Below, one piece after another: positions 1-8,017 of a stretch of 64,000 nt of DNA. Below the pieces are notes generated by a model. It saw nothing but the letters and a program-made list of their open reading frames with translations. It was not told the origin of the DNA and did not search any database. Within the stretch, counting starts at the first letter, position 1. Each line of letters starts with the position of its first letter. The DNA comes from an uncultured Oligoflexia bacterium. Its GTDB lineage: Bacteria > Bdellovibrionota > Bacteriovoracia > Bacteriovoracales > Bacteriovoracaceae. The DNA lies in assembly GCA_950061135.1 (NCBI GenBank), contig CATLVU010000002.1, forward strand, positions 3 through 64,002, in the 5' to 3' direction. The translations under genes were made by a program, and so were the position numbers.

Positions 1-64
1 AATAACTCACTGGTAAAATCTGCACAATATTTTAGACTTGCATAAATTGCGTTATTCTAAGTGT

Positions 65-1399
65 ATGAAATATCATATTCTGTTTATTTATTTCTTCTTA
101 CTAAGCTTAGGGGCATACGGGCAGAGCGCACAGAAAATACCTACTTTTATAGACCTTGAAAATATTAATGATATTTCATCTGATGAAAAAAGATTGGTAA
201 AAAAAAGTCTCTATGAGGCGCTACTTTCTGGTAAAAACTTTGATTTGAATATTAATGGTAGTATCCCTGTCGCAGATAAAGAAAAAAAAGATTGGCTTAT
301 TATTAAAGTTAAAGTGAATAAAGAGGAGTTAGGCTATAGTGCAGAGTTAGCATTAGAGAGTTTATTGCAAAAAAAGATATTAAATAGAGTAGGTCAAGAT
401 AAAATTGCTCGTAATAAGTTACAGTTAACATTAAGACAAATGATTTATAAAGTTTTATATGGAGAGAGGTTTGACGTTGAAACAAACTCACTCAAAAATG
501 ATGAGCCAATTGCAGCAATAGCAAATTTAAATAATAATAAAGCTCCAGATATTGATCCTGATGTAGATGATCCCGATGATGTTGTTCCAGACCTTGATGA
601 AGAGAGAGAGCAAGCTTTAGATAAAGACAGTGATGATAAACCGCAAATAGCGGAACAAAAAAAAAAGAAGTCAACATCAAAAAAGCCTGAAATCAAAATT
701 AGAGACTTTGATTCACCAAATATCGACTTATCTCGAGAGCCTGTGGAAAAAGGTGATGAGCCTCAAAGGCTCCCTCCTTGGGTAAAAACTTTTGATATCG
801 AAGCTGGATTAGTATTAGAAGGGATTACTTCTAGAGTTGTCGTAGATGCATCAGAAAAAAATGCTCTTCTTAAGATAGGGGGAGAATATTTATTTTCATC
901 ACCATCTCAAGTTAGTTATTTTAAAGCTAAGGGAAGCTTTGATAAGATTTTCACTGAAGATGAATTTCAAAAACCAATTAATTTTGAATTAGGAATTAGA
1001 AGACATCTTCATCTTTTTTGGCGAAAGGTTTTTCTTTTTGGAGGAGCACACTTTGAAACAGAGAACTTCATTAATGTTAATGAGCAAGGAGCGGGCCAAC
1101 AATTATGGAGTAACCAAATTATGTGGTACGAGTTTGGAATGAATATTTTTTATCAACTATTTAATCGTACTCACGAGATAGAATATTCAGCTAAATCAAT
1201 TCTTGCAGGTGTAACAGATTTAAGTATTAATGGACAAGAAGTCTCAATTACAGGAACAAGGCTTGATATCAACCTCGTTTTTCAGATAAAAAAGAAATAT
1301 CATTTAAAACTAGGGTACAACACTCAGGCATTGCAGTCGCAAACTACTGATTTTGAATACACTCAATCGCAAATACTAGTAGGTTTACTATATAGATAG
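65..1399 (+). CDS. secreted/outer-membrane protein of unknown function (signal peptide, acidic linker, beta-rich C-terminal half)
   Basis: ORF 38..1399. The ATG at 65 opens a classic signal peptide, MKYHILFIYFFLLSLGAYGQ. A low-complexity acidic tract (DIDPDVDDPDDVVPDLDEE) is followed by about 200 aa of alternating-hydrophobicity sequence. First gene of a tightly packed same-strand cluster. Start is uncertain (TTG 38 vs ATG 65). Confidence 0.55.
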   Translation: MKYHILFIYFFLLSLGAYGQSAQKIPTFIDLENINDISSDEKRLVKKSLYEALLSGKNFDLNINGSIPVADKEKKDWLIIKVKVNKEELGYSAELALESLLQKKILNRVGQDKIARNKLQLTLRQMIYKVLYGERFDVETNSLKNDEPIAAIANLNNNKAPDIDPDVDDPDDVVPDLDEEREQALDKDSDDKPQIAEQKKKKSTSKKPEIKIRDFDSPNIDLSREPVEKGDEPQRLPPWVKTFDIEAGLVLEGITSRVVVDASEKNALLKIGGEYLFSSPSQVSYFKAKGSFDKIFTEDEFQKPINFELGIRRHLHLFWRKVFLFGGAHFETENFINVNEQGAGQQLWSNQIMWYEFGMNIFYQLFNRTHEIEYSAKSILAGVTDLSINGQEVSITGTRLDINLVFQIKKKYHLKLGYNTQALQSQTTDFEYTQSQILVGLLYR

Positions 1400-1466
1400 G
1401 CGATATTTGCCTCCTTTAGTTTAGTTTTCAAGACTTATAAAATTAAAAAGGAGGAAGTTTGTAACT

Positions 1467-2030
1467 ATGGCCCAATTACATGAAAAATTCAATTTAGTAG
1501 AGACTCTTATTGGTGATCACAAGAAGGTTGTTATTGATCAAGAAGAGGAGTTTTTCTTTTCATCTGGTAGTTTTAATTCGCAACAATATATCAAGCAATA
1601 TACAGATGATATTGAGTCTAAAGTTTATGGACTACTAGTAAAGTTTTTTAAGAAAAATCATTTTAAATTAAAAATTAATTATCATTTAATGCCAGATAAT
1701 GACCTACACGATAAATTAGTTTTTAGTTTTTATAAAGTTTTTAAATCTTTAAGTAAGGTATATCTATCACAGTTGAGTTCTGAGAAAACATATATCAAAC
1801 TTGGAATTCACGAGAATAGTTTCACTGTTAATATAACTTTTTCACCAAAAAACTCAAAGCAATGGGACACGCAAATAAATAAAATAAATAAAACCAAAAA
1901 GGGTAGTTGGGGATTATTCAAATCTAATATTCCTCGGAAGCTAAACCTGAGAGCGTCTTTCTCATACTATTCTCTGGGTAAGCAGATTATCAAGCAAAAT
2001 ACAAAGGTACGTTTAAATGAAGTTAGATAG
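1467..2030 (+). CDS. hypothetical cytoplasmic protein (no signal peptide)
   Basis: Strong RBS (aaaaaGGAGGaag) just upstream of ATG 1467. 187 aa with no recognisable motif. 14-nt overlap with the next gene. Confidence 0.6.
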   Translation: MAQLHEKFNLVETLIGDHKKVVIDQEEEFFFSSGSFNSQQYIKQYTDDIESKVYGLLVKFFKKNHFKLKINYHLMPDNDLHDKLVFSFYKVFKSLSKVYLSQLSSEKTYIKLGIHENSFTVNITFSPKNSKQWDTQINKINKTKKGSWGLFKSNIPRKLNLRASFSYYSLGKQIIKQNTKVRLNEVR

Positions 2031-3606
2031 ATTATTTATCATTTTTCTTTTTACCGTTACAATGACTGCACAAGCAAATACGGTCTTATCTACTAAGTTT
2101 ATAGAAAAGATTAATAAAACAGAAAACTCAGAGCAGCTTAATAGAGTTGTTAATGAACTTGATAAGTCTTTGTCATCTGAAACCGATAAAACACGTTTAG
2201 AAACGATTACAAGATCATTTGCAAAAGTGAATCTTGCAAAGTTTAAAGTTCAAGCAAAAGATATCTTAAATGAGATGTACACATTCCTAGCAGGACAAAA
2301 CTCAGACGTTTCGACTCAGGCCCAACGTATGATTGAGTCATCTTTTAATATATCTAAATATTCAGATGTATTAGACTTCCAAGGCCAATTGGCATTATTT
2401 GCGAATGCGATTGAACAAGACGAGAAACTTACAAAGGAAATGCTTAGTTATACAAAGAACTTACTAGGAATTCTTGAAAATCATACAAGAAATTATTTGG
2501 CATTGAATAGTTTTAGTAAATTAAAAGAGGTTTTAACGCTTTTTGTTTTGAGATCCAATACACTAAAAATACCAGTCGTTAAAACTGAGCCAACTCAAAC
2601 AAATCAAGATTCAGCTGCGATGCTTGCTGGGTGGGGATTATTTTTAATTACGTTTGGATTATATTTAAAAGCAGGATTTTTGAGAAGAAGAGAGCTTTCA
2701 AGTGAAAGAAAAAAGTGGAGTAAGCTTTGTAATGACAAAGAAGTTGAAAGGCAGTGGAGTGAAAATAAAAGTAGATTGTTAATGCGGGGAATAGGCGAAG
2801 CGTTAGTTGTGACTGATAAGAAAGGAAAAGTCATAGAATCGAATAAGAAGTCACAAGCACTTCTTGGAAGATATGCTAAGAATGGAAGTACTTTTGGAAG
2901 AGTTTTTCCAAAACTATTTATGAAAAATAATAATTTAAAACATTTTGAAGGACTTTATACGCTAAGTTTTGACCCAAAAAACTATTATCATGTACAAACA
3001 ATATTTATTAAAGAGCTAGATCAAAAAATTTATAAGATATTACCTTTGAATAAAAATGCACTTATTACTCTAGGAAAAAGCTATTTAGAGCCACAAGCAG
3101 AGACAGTGAATATTTTAGATCTGGTTGAAGATGAGTTTACAAAAAAATACAGCTTCCAAGAGTTCGAAAAACTAGAGCTTCAAAATATTAAAACTAAAGG
3201 TGACATTTCTATTGAAATTGAACCGGAGCAGGCATCAAAAATGGTTGAGCACTATTTAAACTTATCTCAAGCATTAGTTGATGTATTGAACTGTGATCAA
3301 GTAACAAGAGAAATTAAACGAACTGGTGACAAAATTCAATTGTTGGCATGTTTTGATGGAACAAAAATTCTTCAAGAAGACCTGAGCCAGCAAATAAAAA
3401 TTCAAGGAAAAAACATTACCTTAGCTGATTATTTAACGAGAGTAGAAAAAGATTATCGAGAGCTTCAGGGTGCGGTTACAATTAAAAACCTTAGGAAAGA
3501 AAAAAGACTTCAAACTATTTTGGAAGTTACTTTACTAGTCGCCTATGAGCGTAAAATAGACTCTAGAACTTATGATAGCGAAGAAGGGCAATATATCGAT
3601 GTATAA
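2017..3606 (+). CDS. bitopic membrane protein, paralog A of a degenerate histidine-kinase-ATPase-like ('pseudo-kinase') family
   Basis: N-terminal signal/anchor (LFIIFLFTVTMTAQA), a central TM (GWGLFLITFGLYL) and a cytoplasmic C-terminal half. The last ~60 aa (QQIKIQGKNITLADYLTRVEKDYRELQGAVTIKNLRKEK) align without gaps to ORF 6956..8017. No HExxxP H-box and no GxGxG box seen. Confidence 0.6.
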   Translation: MKLDRLFIIFLFTVTMTAQANTVLSTKFIEKINKTENSEQLNRVVNELDKSLSSETDKTRLETITRSFAKVNLAKFKVQAKDILNEMYTFLAGQNSDVSTQAQRMIESSFNISKYSDVLDFQGQLALFANAIEQDEKLTKEMLSYTKNLLGILENHTRNYLALNSFSKLKEVLTLFVLRSNTLKIPVVKTEPTQTNQDSAAMLAGWGLFLITFGLYLKAGFLRRRELSSERKKWSKLCNDKEVERQWSENKSRLLMRGIGEALVVTDKKGKVIESNKKSQALLGRYAKNGSTFGRVFPKLFMKNNNLKHFEGLYTLSFDPKNYYHVQTIFIKELDQKIYKILPLNKNALITLGKSYLEPQAETVNILDLVEDEFTKKYSFQEFEKLELQNIKTKGDISIEIEPEQASKMVEHYLNLSQALVDVLNCDQVTREIKRTGDKIQLLACFDGTKILQEDLSQQIKIQGKNITLADYLTRVEKDYRELQGAVTIKNLRKEKRLQTILEVTLLVAYERKIDSRTYDSEEGQYIDV

Positions 3607-4213
3607 ACTATTAATAGCGATATTCTTTTTTTCTATTGCCCACAGCTTTGCGGGCTTTAAAAGTAATATATCTTCAAGTTTTGGTTTAGTGAGTGTTAAT
3701 TTAACAGAAAGTGAAAGCACATTAGAGCAAACAGATGAAGATATTCCAGAAGGAGAAGATCAAGCTGTTTCTTCTGTGAGTCTTAGCACTGTAAGTTTAG
3801 ATCTTGTTTATGAAAAACCTCAAACTGAAAAATACTCATATCTTTTTAAGGCGGTCGTTCCTGTGGTGACAACTGAAGGAGCAGGAGTATTCATGGGAGG
3901 AGTTGGATTTAATTGGTACTTTAACGGATTGTCTGCAGCGTATACAGTCAATATTTCGGGTAGTGAAGTTTCTTTGGACCCAGGCCTTAGATACTATGCA
4001 GGAACTATGTTGGGACTAGGGTATCTTGTTTATAATACTGTATCAGCAAAAAAGAGTGATGTATTTTTTGACTTAGGACTTCACGGTGGTCTTGTTTATT
4101 CCTTTGGCAAAAAGTGGGGAATCAAGGCAGAAGCTGGTGTCGCTAGAGGAACCGGTGTTGCCACTTCGAATATTAATGTAAAAACCTTTGCAGGATTGAG
4201 TTATAACCTATGA
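3599..4213 (+). CDS. small outer-membrane beta-barrel-like protein
   Basis: ORF 3572..4213. ATG 3599 starts the signal peptide MYKLLIAIFFFSIAHSFAG and overlaps the upstream stop (ATGTATAA). Gly/aromatic-rich alternating strands continue to the C-terminus (FAGLSYNL). Confidence 0.55.
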   Translation: MYKLLIAIFFFSIAHSFAGFKSNISSSFGLVSVNLTESESTLEQTDEDIPEGEDQAVSSVSLSTVSLDLVYEKPQTEKYSYLFKAVVPVVTTEGAGVFMGGVGFNWYFNGLSAAYTVNISGSEVSLDPGLRYYAGTMLGLGYLVYNTVSAKKSDVFFDLGLHGGLVYSFGKKWGIKAEAGVARGTGVATSNINVKTFAGLSYNL

Positions 4214-4797
4214 AAATTTTAATTTTATTATTAATTTCTAATTACACATTTGCTCAAGAAGTAAAAATCAAGAGCAATGTTAAAGAAGCAATTGTTTCAT
4301 TTGTAAATAGCGCAGGAGAAAAAAAGAGTATAGGAAAAACACCTCTCGACACAACAATGGATGATTTAAAGTCTAATGTGGGAGATAAAGAGAATATTCA
4401 GTTACAAGTCTCCAAGGATGGATTTCAAAGCTTTAATCTTATTTTACCGCTTATTGGGTCATCAGAAATAAATGTTATGGCCACCTTGGAAGTAAATCAA
4501 GATATAAAACTTACTCAAGACGTAGACCTTTTAATCGCAGACTTATTTGATGTTTTAAGAATGATCAGGTTAAAAGATTATGGTTCAGCGTTTGCAAAGC
4601 TTGATTTGTTAGAAAAGAAATTTCCTTACTACAGTATTATTTATGAAATGAAGGGAATGGGACATTATTTATCTAAAGACTTTAAAAAAGCATTAAACTT
4701 CTACAGAAAAGCTTTTGGGTTAAACCCAAAAAATAGAGAAGCTTATAAAATGAAAAATTATTTAGAGAAGAAATTTAATTTACAGGCCAAAAGGTAA
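4210..4797 (+). CDS. periplasmic/lipoprotein-like protein with a PEGA-like N-domain and a TPR-like C-terminus
   Basis: ATGA overlap with the upstream gene. Signal peptide MKILILLLISNYTFAQ. PEGA-like pattern (IGKTPLD...LQVSKDGFQSF). TPR-like YYSIIYEMKGMGHYLSKDFKKALNFYRKAFGLNPKN. Confidence 0.5.
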   Translation: MKILILLLISNYTFAQEVKIKSNVKEAIVSFVNSAGEKKSIGKTPLDTTMDDLKSNVGDKENIQLQVSKDGFQSFNLILPLIGSSEINVMATLEVNQDIKLTQDVDLLIADLFDVLRMIRLKDYGSAFAKLDLLEKKFPYYSIIYEMKGMGHYLSKDFKKALNFYRKAFGLNPKNREAYKMKNYLEKKFNLQAKR

Positions 4798-4801
4798 TTG
4801 A

Positions 4802-6946
4802 ATGAAAAGAATTTTATTATGGACATTATTATTACCAGCGGTAGCGATTGCGACATCTAATAATATTTCGCAATTGCCGTCGATGGATTGGCAAAAACAG
4901 GCATTAGAAGATAGAACGAAGCAAAAAATAGATGACGTTTTAAAAAGTGTTTTGAAACCTAGCCAATACAATGTTGATATTAAAATTGAAACTCGTGGAG
5001 TCGTAGAGCCTGAGTTTGATAAACCATTGTCTGAAAAAAATAAAGAGGATGATTCAAAGTTAGATGTAGGAGAGTATGATTCAGAGACAGGAGAAGAGAG
5101 CTCCGATTCAGCACAAGCAGCAGCAGCTGATGATAAAAGAGAAAGTACTGCGGACGTGAAATTTGTAGATACATATCCTGAAGAGAGCCCTGAAGACTAT
5201 ATTATCTTTAATAAATTTGGTCTTGAAGCACCATTAGTAGATGATTTTAATGACTTTCAACCTGATGGAAAAATTGTTTTATCAATGACTGGAGGTGGAG
5301 GTCAGTCCAATCAAGACAAAGCTCAAATCAATGCAATGAAAGCTCGAGAGAAGCAATATATTGAGCAGATTAGAGATCTTAAAAATGAGAAACGGTCTGC
5401 CGAAAATAAAGTATCACCAATCGAGCAATTATGGATGTATAATAATGCAGTAGACATTTTTAAAAATCTAAAATCAGTTGATATTTTAGTTCGTGTTTCT
5501 AATGAAGTAACAGAAGAAACAAAGCAAGCTGTTGAACGCTATGTAAAAGCAATAAATTTCAATCTTGGAAAAGTTAAGCCAAATATTAAAATTGAGTATG
5601 GCCTTCTTGGTGCGCTCGCAGCTGAAACGCCAACAGATCAATTATTTAAAATTTTAGACTATTTAACAAAGTTCAGTACGTTCTTAGGAATAGTATTCGG
5701 TGTGATTTTATTTGGTCTTATAGGACGATCTCTTATTCAAAAATACTTTGATCTTAACTCTGCTCAATCTCAGAGTGGACAATTCAAAATGGATGGAGGA
5801 GAAGGAGTTGCAGGAGAAGATGGAGATGGTACCGATCATGAAGAAACATCTGGAACTAGAGAGTGGGGATCCTCTGTTGTTCCTGTAAATGGAATAGAAA
5901 GATTTGAGACATTTTTTGAAAAAGATCCACAAAATGCGATGCTATTAATAAAAAAATGGATTAGCGAAGATGATGATAGGGCAAGTAAATCTTTGAGGTC
6001 ACTTGTTCAACAATTCGAAAATGCTCAACTAGCTGAAGTTTTTAAGCATCTATCAGAAGAAGAAAGAGCAAGCTGGAAAAAGCTTCTTGACCGTCCATTG
6101 ACACGGGAAGAATTAGACATAGCTAACGCCTATATTGGAAATCAAATTGTTCAAAGTATTATCGTTGAGAAATATGTAGATGATCCAGAGACCTTTGATT
6201 TATTACTCCGTTTGACACCTAAGCAAGTGGCGATGATTGTAGAGAGAGAAGCTTCTATTTCTGGTGCATTATTAAACTCTTTAAGTGCTAACTTTGTAAG
6301 TCAGGTCCTAGGATTATGCTCAGAACAAGTTCAATCACAAATGGTACGTGATGCTGTTGCTTTAACACCAGATCAAATTAGATCAAAACAAGATGAGATT
6401 AAAGAAGTTCTTAAACAATATGATGAAAGGGTAACAAATAGACCTTTTGTTGAGAAAATTCTATCGCTATTACCTATGGCCATGCCATCAACAGAGAATA
6501 ATTTATTCCAAGCACTTTATGATAATGGAGATCAAGATCTACTCAAGAAAACGGCAAGAAAATATTTTCCAGCGGACTATATTCCAAAACTTCCTACTGA
6601 TTTTCTTAAAGAATTATTGATGGCCTACCCAATGAATAAGAAAGTCGAAATGCTTTATCCGCTTGAAGAAACGATTAAAGAGCAATTGATTGATATATTT
6701 GCTCCAGAAGGTTCTAAAGCTTATGACTTATTAGAGTTAGAATTTGAAAATATTGAAACAAATGATGTACGACAAACTCAGTTACTTAATAATGGCGATA
6801 AAAACTGGAAAGAATTTGTTAATTATGTGAGAGATAAAATAGAAAAAGATACAAATTATCAGGCAGAGATTACCGATTTACTCGATCAGTGGGTTTTAGA
6901 TAAAATGGGTGGACAAACAATGCCAGATTTAAAGGTTGTCGCGTAA
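4802..6946 (+). CDS. bitopic inner-membrane protein: periplasmic domain + TM + cytoplasmic FliG/MgtE_N-like helical repeats
   Basis: 714 aa. N-terminal signal/anchor (LLWTLLLPAVAIA), an acidic periplasmic region and a TM at FSTFLGIVFGVILFGLIG. The cytoplasmic segment LTPKQVAMIVEREASISGALLNSLSANFVSQVLGLCSEQVQSQMVRDAVALTPDQIRSKQDEI follows the FliG C-domain pattern, and a second similar repeat lies downstream. Confidence 0.55.
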   Translation: MKRILLWTLLLPAVAIATSNNISQLPSMDWQKQALEDRTKQKIDDVLKSVLKPSQYNVDIKIETRGVVEPEFDKPLSEKNKEDDSKLDVGEYDSETGEESSDSAQAAAADDKRESTADVKFVDTYPEESPEDYIIFNKFGLEAPLVDDFNDFQPDGKIVLSMTGGGGQSNQDKAQINAMKAREKQYIEQIRDLKNEKRSAENKVSPIEQLWMYNNAVDIFKNLKSVDILVRVSNEVTEETKQAVERYVKAINFNLGKVKPNIKIEYGLLGALAAETPTDQLFKILDYLTKFSTFLGIVFGVILFGLIGRSLIQKYFDLNSAQSQSGQFKMDGGEGVAGEDGDGTDHEETSGTREWGSSVVPVNGIERFETFFEKDPQNAMLLIKKWISEDDDRASKSLRSLVQQFENAQLAEVFKHLSEEERASWKKLLDRPLTREELDIANAYIGNQIVQSIIVEKYVDDPETFDLLLRLTPKQVAMIVEREASISGALLNSLSANFVSQVLGLCSEQVQSQMVRDAVALTPDQIRSKQDEIKEVLKQYDERVTNRPFVEKILSLLPMAMPSTENNLFQALYDNGDQDLLKKTARKYFPADYIPKLPTDFLKELLMAYPMNKKVEMLYPLEETIKEQLIDIFAPEGSKAYDLLELEFENIETNDVRQTQLLNNGDKNWKEFVNYVRDKIEKDTNYQAEITDLLDQWVLDKMGGQTMPDLKVVA

Positions 6947-6955
6947 GGATAATTT

Positions 6956-8017
6956 ATGATTAAAATATTATTAGCTTGTATTATGATTAGTTTTTCTTTT
7001 TATGGCCATACTGTTGAGGTTGGTACTGATTATATTAAATACCTTAATAAGATTAATTCTGTTAAAAGTATTCAACAAGCGAAAGATTTATCAAAAGAAA
7101 TTGAATCTAAATTACAGCTTAAGAAGAACAAAGTACATTTGTCATTATTAGCAAAAAGATTTGATGAAGAGGCTGAAAACCTTAAGGCCAAAGATGCACT
7201 AGCTGAGTATAGAAGAGTGATGACATTATTTTTAACTGCAAACTCTTTGAGAGAGTTTAATCCTATGCCTTCTTATAAAACGATTGAGAAAACCCAGAAT
7301 ATGATGTGGACACTAGGTGTTTTTATTTTGGCTTTTTTTGCTGCACTTTTTTGGAGCTTAAGACAGAGATCGACATTTTTAGCAACACGTTTAATTGATA
7401 AAAAACAAATAATAAAATTAGGAACGAGGATAGAAGAATTAGAGTCATTACTGTCCTCAAGAGAAATGACAACGCCAGTTGAAATACAGCAACCTTTAGA
7501 GAACTCTGATTTTATCCATCCTGTAGAGTTTGTTGAAAATTTCCTTATAGAAAAACTAAATTTTAAGGATCATACAAATTTAAAAATTAATGAAGATGAT
7601 AAAGTTGAAGATTCAAAGTTTGCATATTCTTCTGAACTTGCAGATTCATTTATTACGAAATATTTTGAATTAGTTTATGGAATGCAAAGTATTTTAGAGT
7701 CAGGTGAGATGCAGCTTAACTTTAAAAAAGATGAAGGACTGTTTAGTTATGATTTGTCTTTTTCTAATGTAAAATTGTCTGCAGAGGACTTAGAAAAACA
7801 AATAGAAGTTGCAGGTGAGAAGGTCGTTTTTGCAGACTATTTAAAAGAGATAGAAGTTTACTTTAAAAGAGAGCAAGCAAACTTGAAAATTAAAAACTTA
7901 AAAAAGTCTGGCGTAAATTCTGTTCAAGTCTCATTAGAGTTAATTGAAAATAGTATTATTCAAGAAGATAGCAAAGTAGAAAGTCACTCAGCCAATAATA
8001 CTCATCAGAGCTTATAA
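6956..8017 (+). CDS. bitopic membrane protein, paralog B of the pseudo-kinase family
   Basis: Signal/anchor, central TM (MWTLGVFILAFFAALFWSL) and a C-terminus (KQIEVAGEKVVFADYLKEIEVYFKREQANLKIKNLKKSG) homologous to ORF 2017..3606. Last gene of the cluster. Confidence 0.6.
   Translation: MIKILLACIMISFSFYGHTVEVGTDYIKYLNKINSVKSIQQAKDLSKEIESKLQLKKNKVHLSLLAKRFDEEAENLKAKDALAEYRRVMTLFLTANSLREFNPMPSYKTIEKTQNMMWTLGVFILAFFAALFWSLRQRSTFLATRLIDKKQIIKLGTRIEELESLLSSREMTTPVEIQQPLENSDFIHPVEFVENFLIEKLNFKDHTNLKINEDDKVEDSKFAYSSELADSFITKYFELVYGMQSILESGEMQLNFKKDEGLFSYDLSFSNVKLSAEDLEKQIEVAGEKVVFADYLKEIEVYFKREQANLKIKNLKKSGVNSVQVSLELIENSIIQEDSKVESHSANNTHQSL

Noticed and set aside
657-666. A10 homopolymer inside the coding sequence of the first gene, considered as a slipped-strand phase-variation site
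   Set aside because: It encodes a Lys run (QKKKKS) in a Lys/Glu-rich linker of an AT-rich genome, where such runs are expected by composition. There is no evidence of frame disruption.
309-696. Three minus-strand ORFs (60-83 aa) inside the first gene
   Set aside because: They are antisense to the acidic low-complexity region of ORF 65..1399. They have biased Ser/Leu/Phe composition and no start context, so they are typical shadow ORFs.
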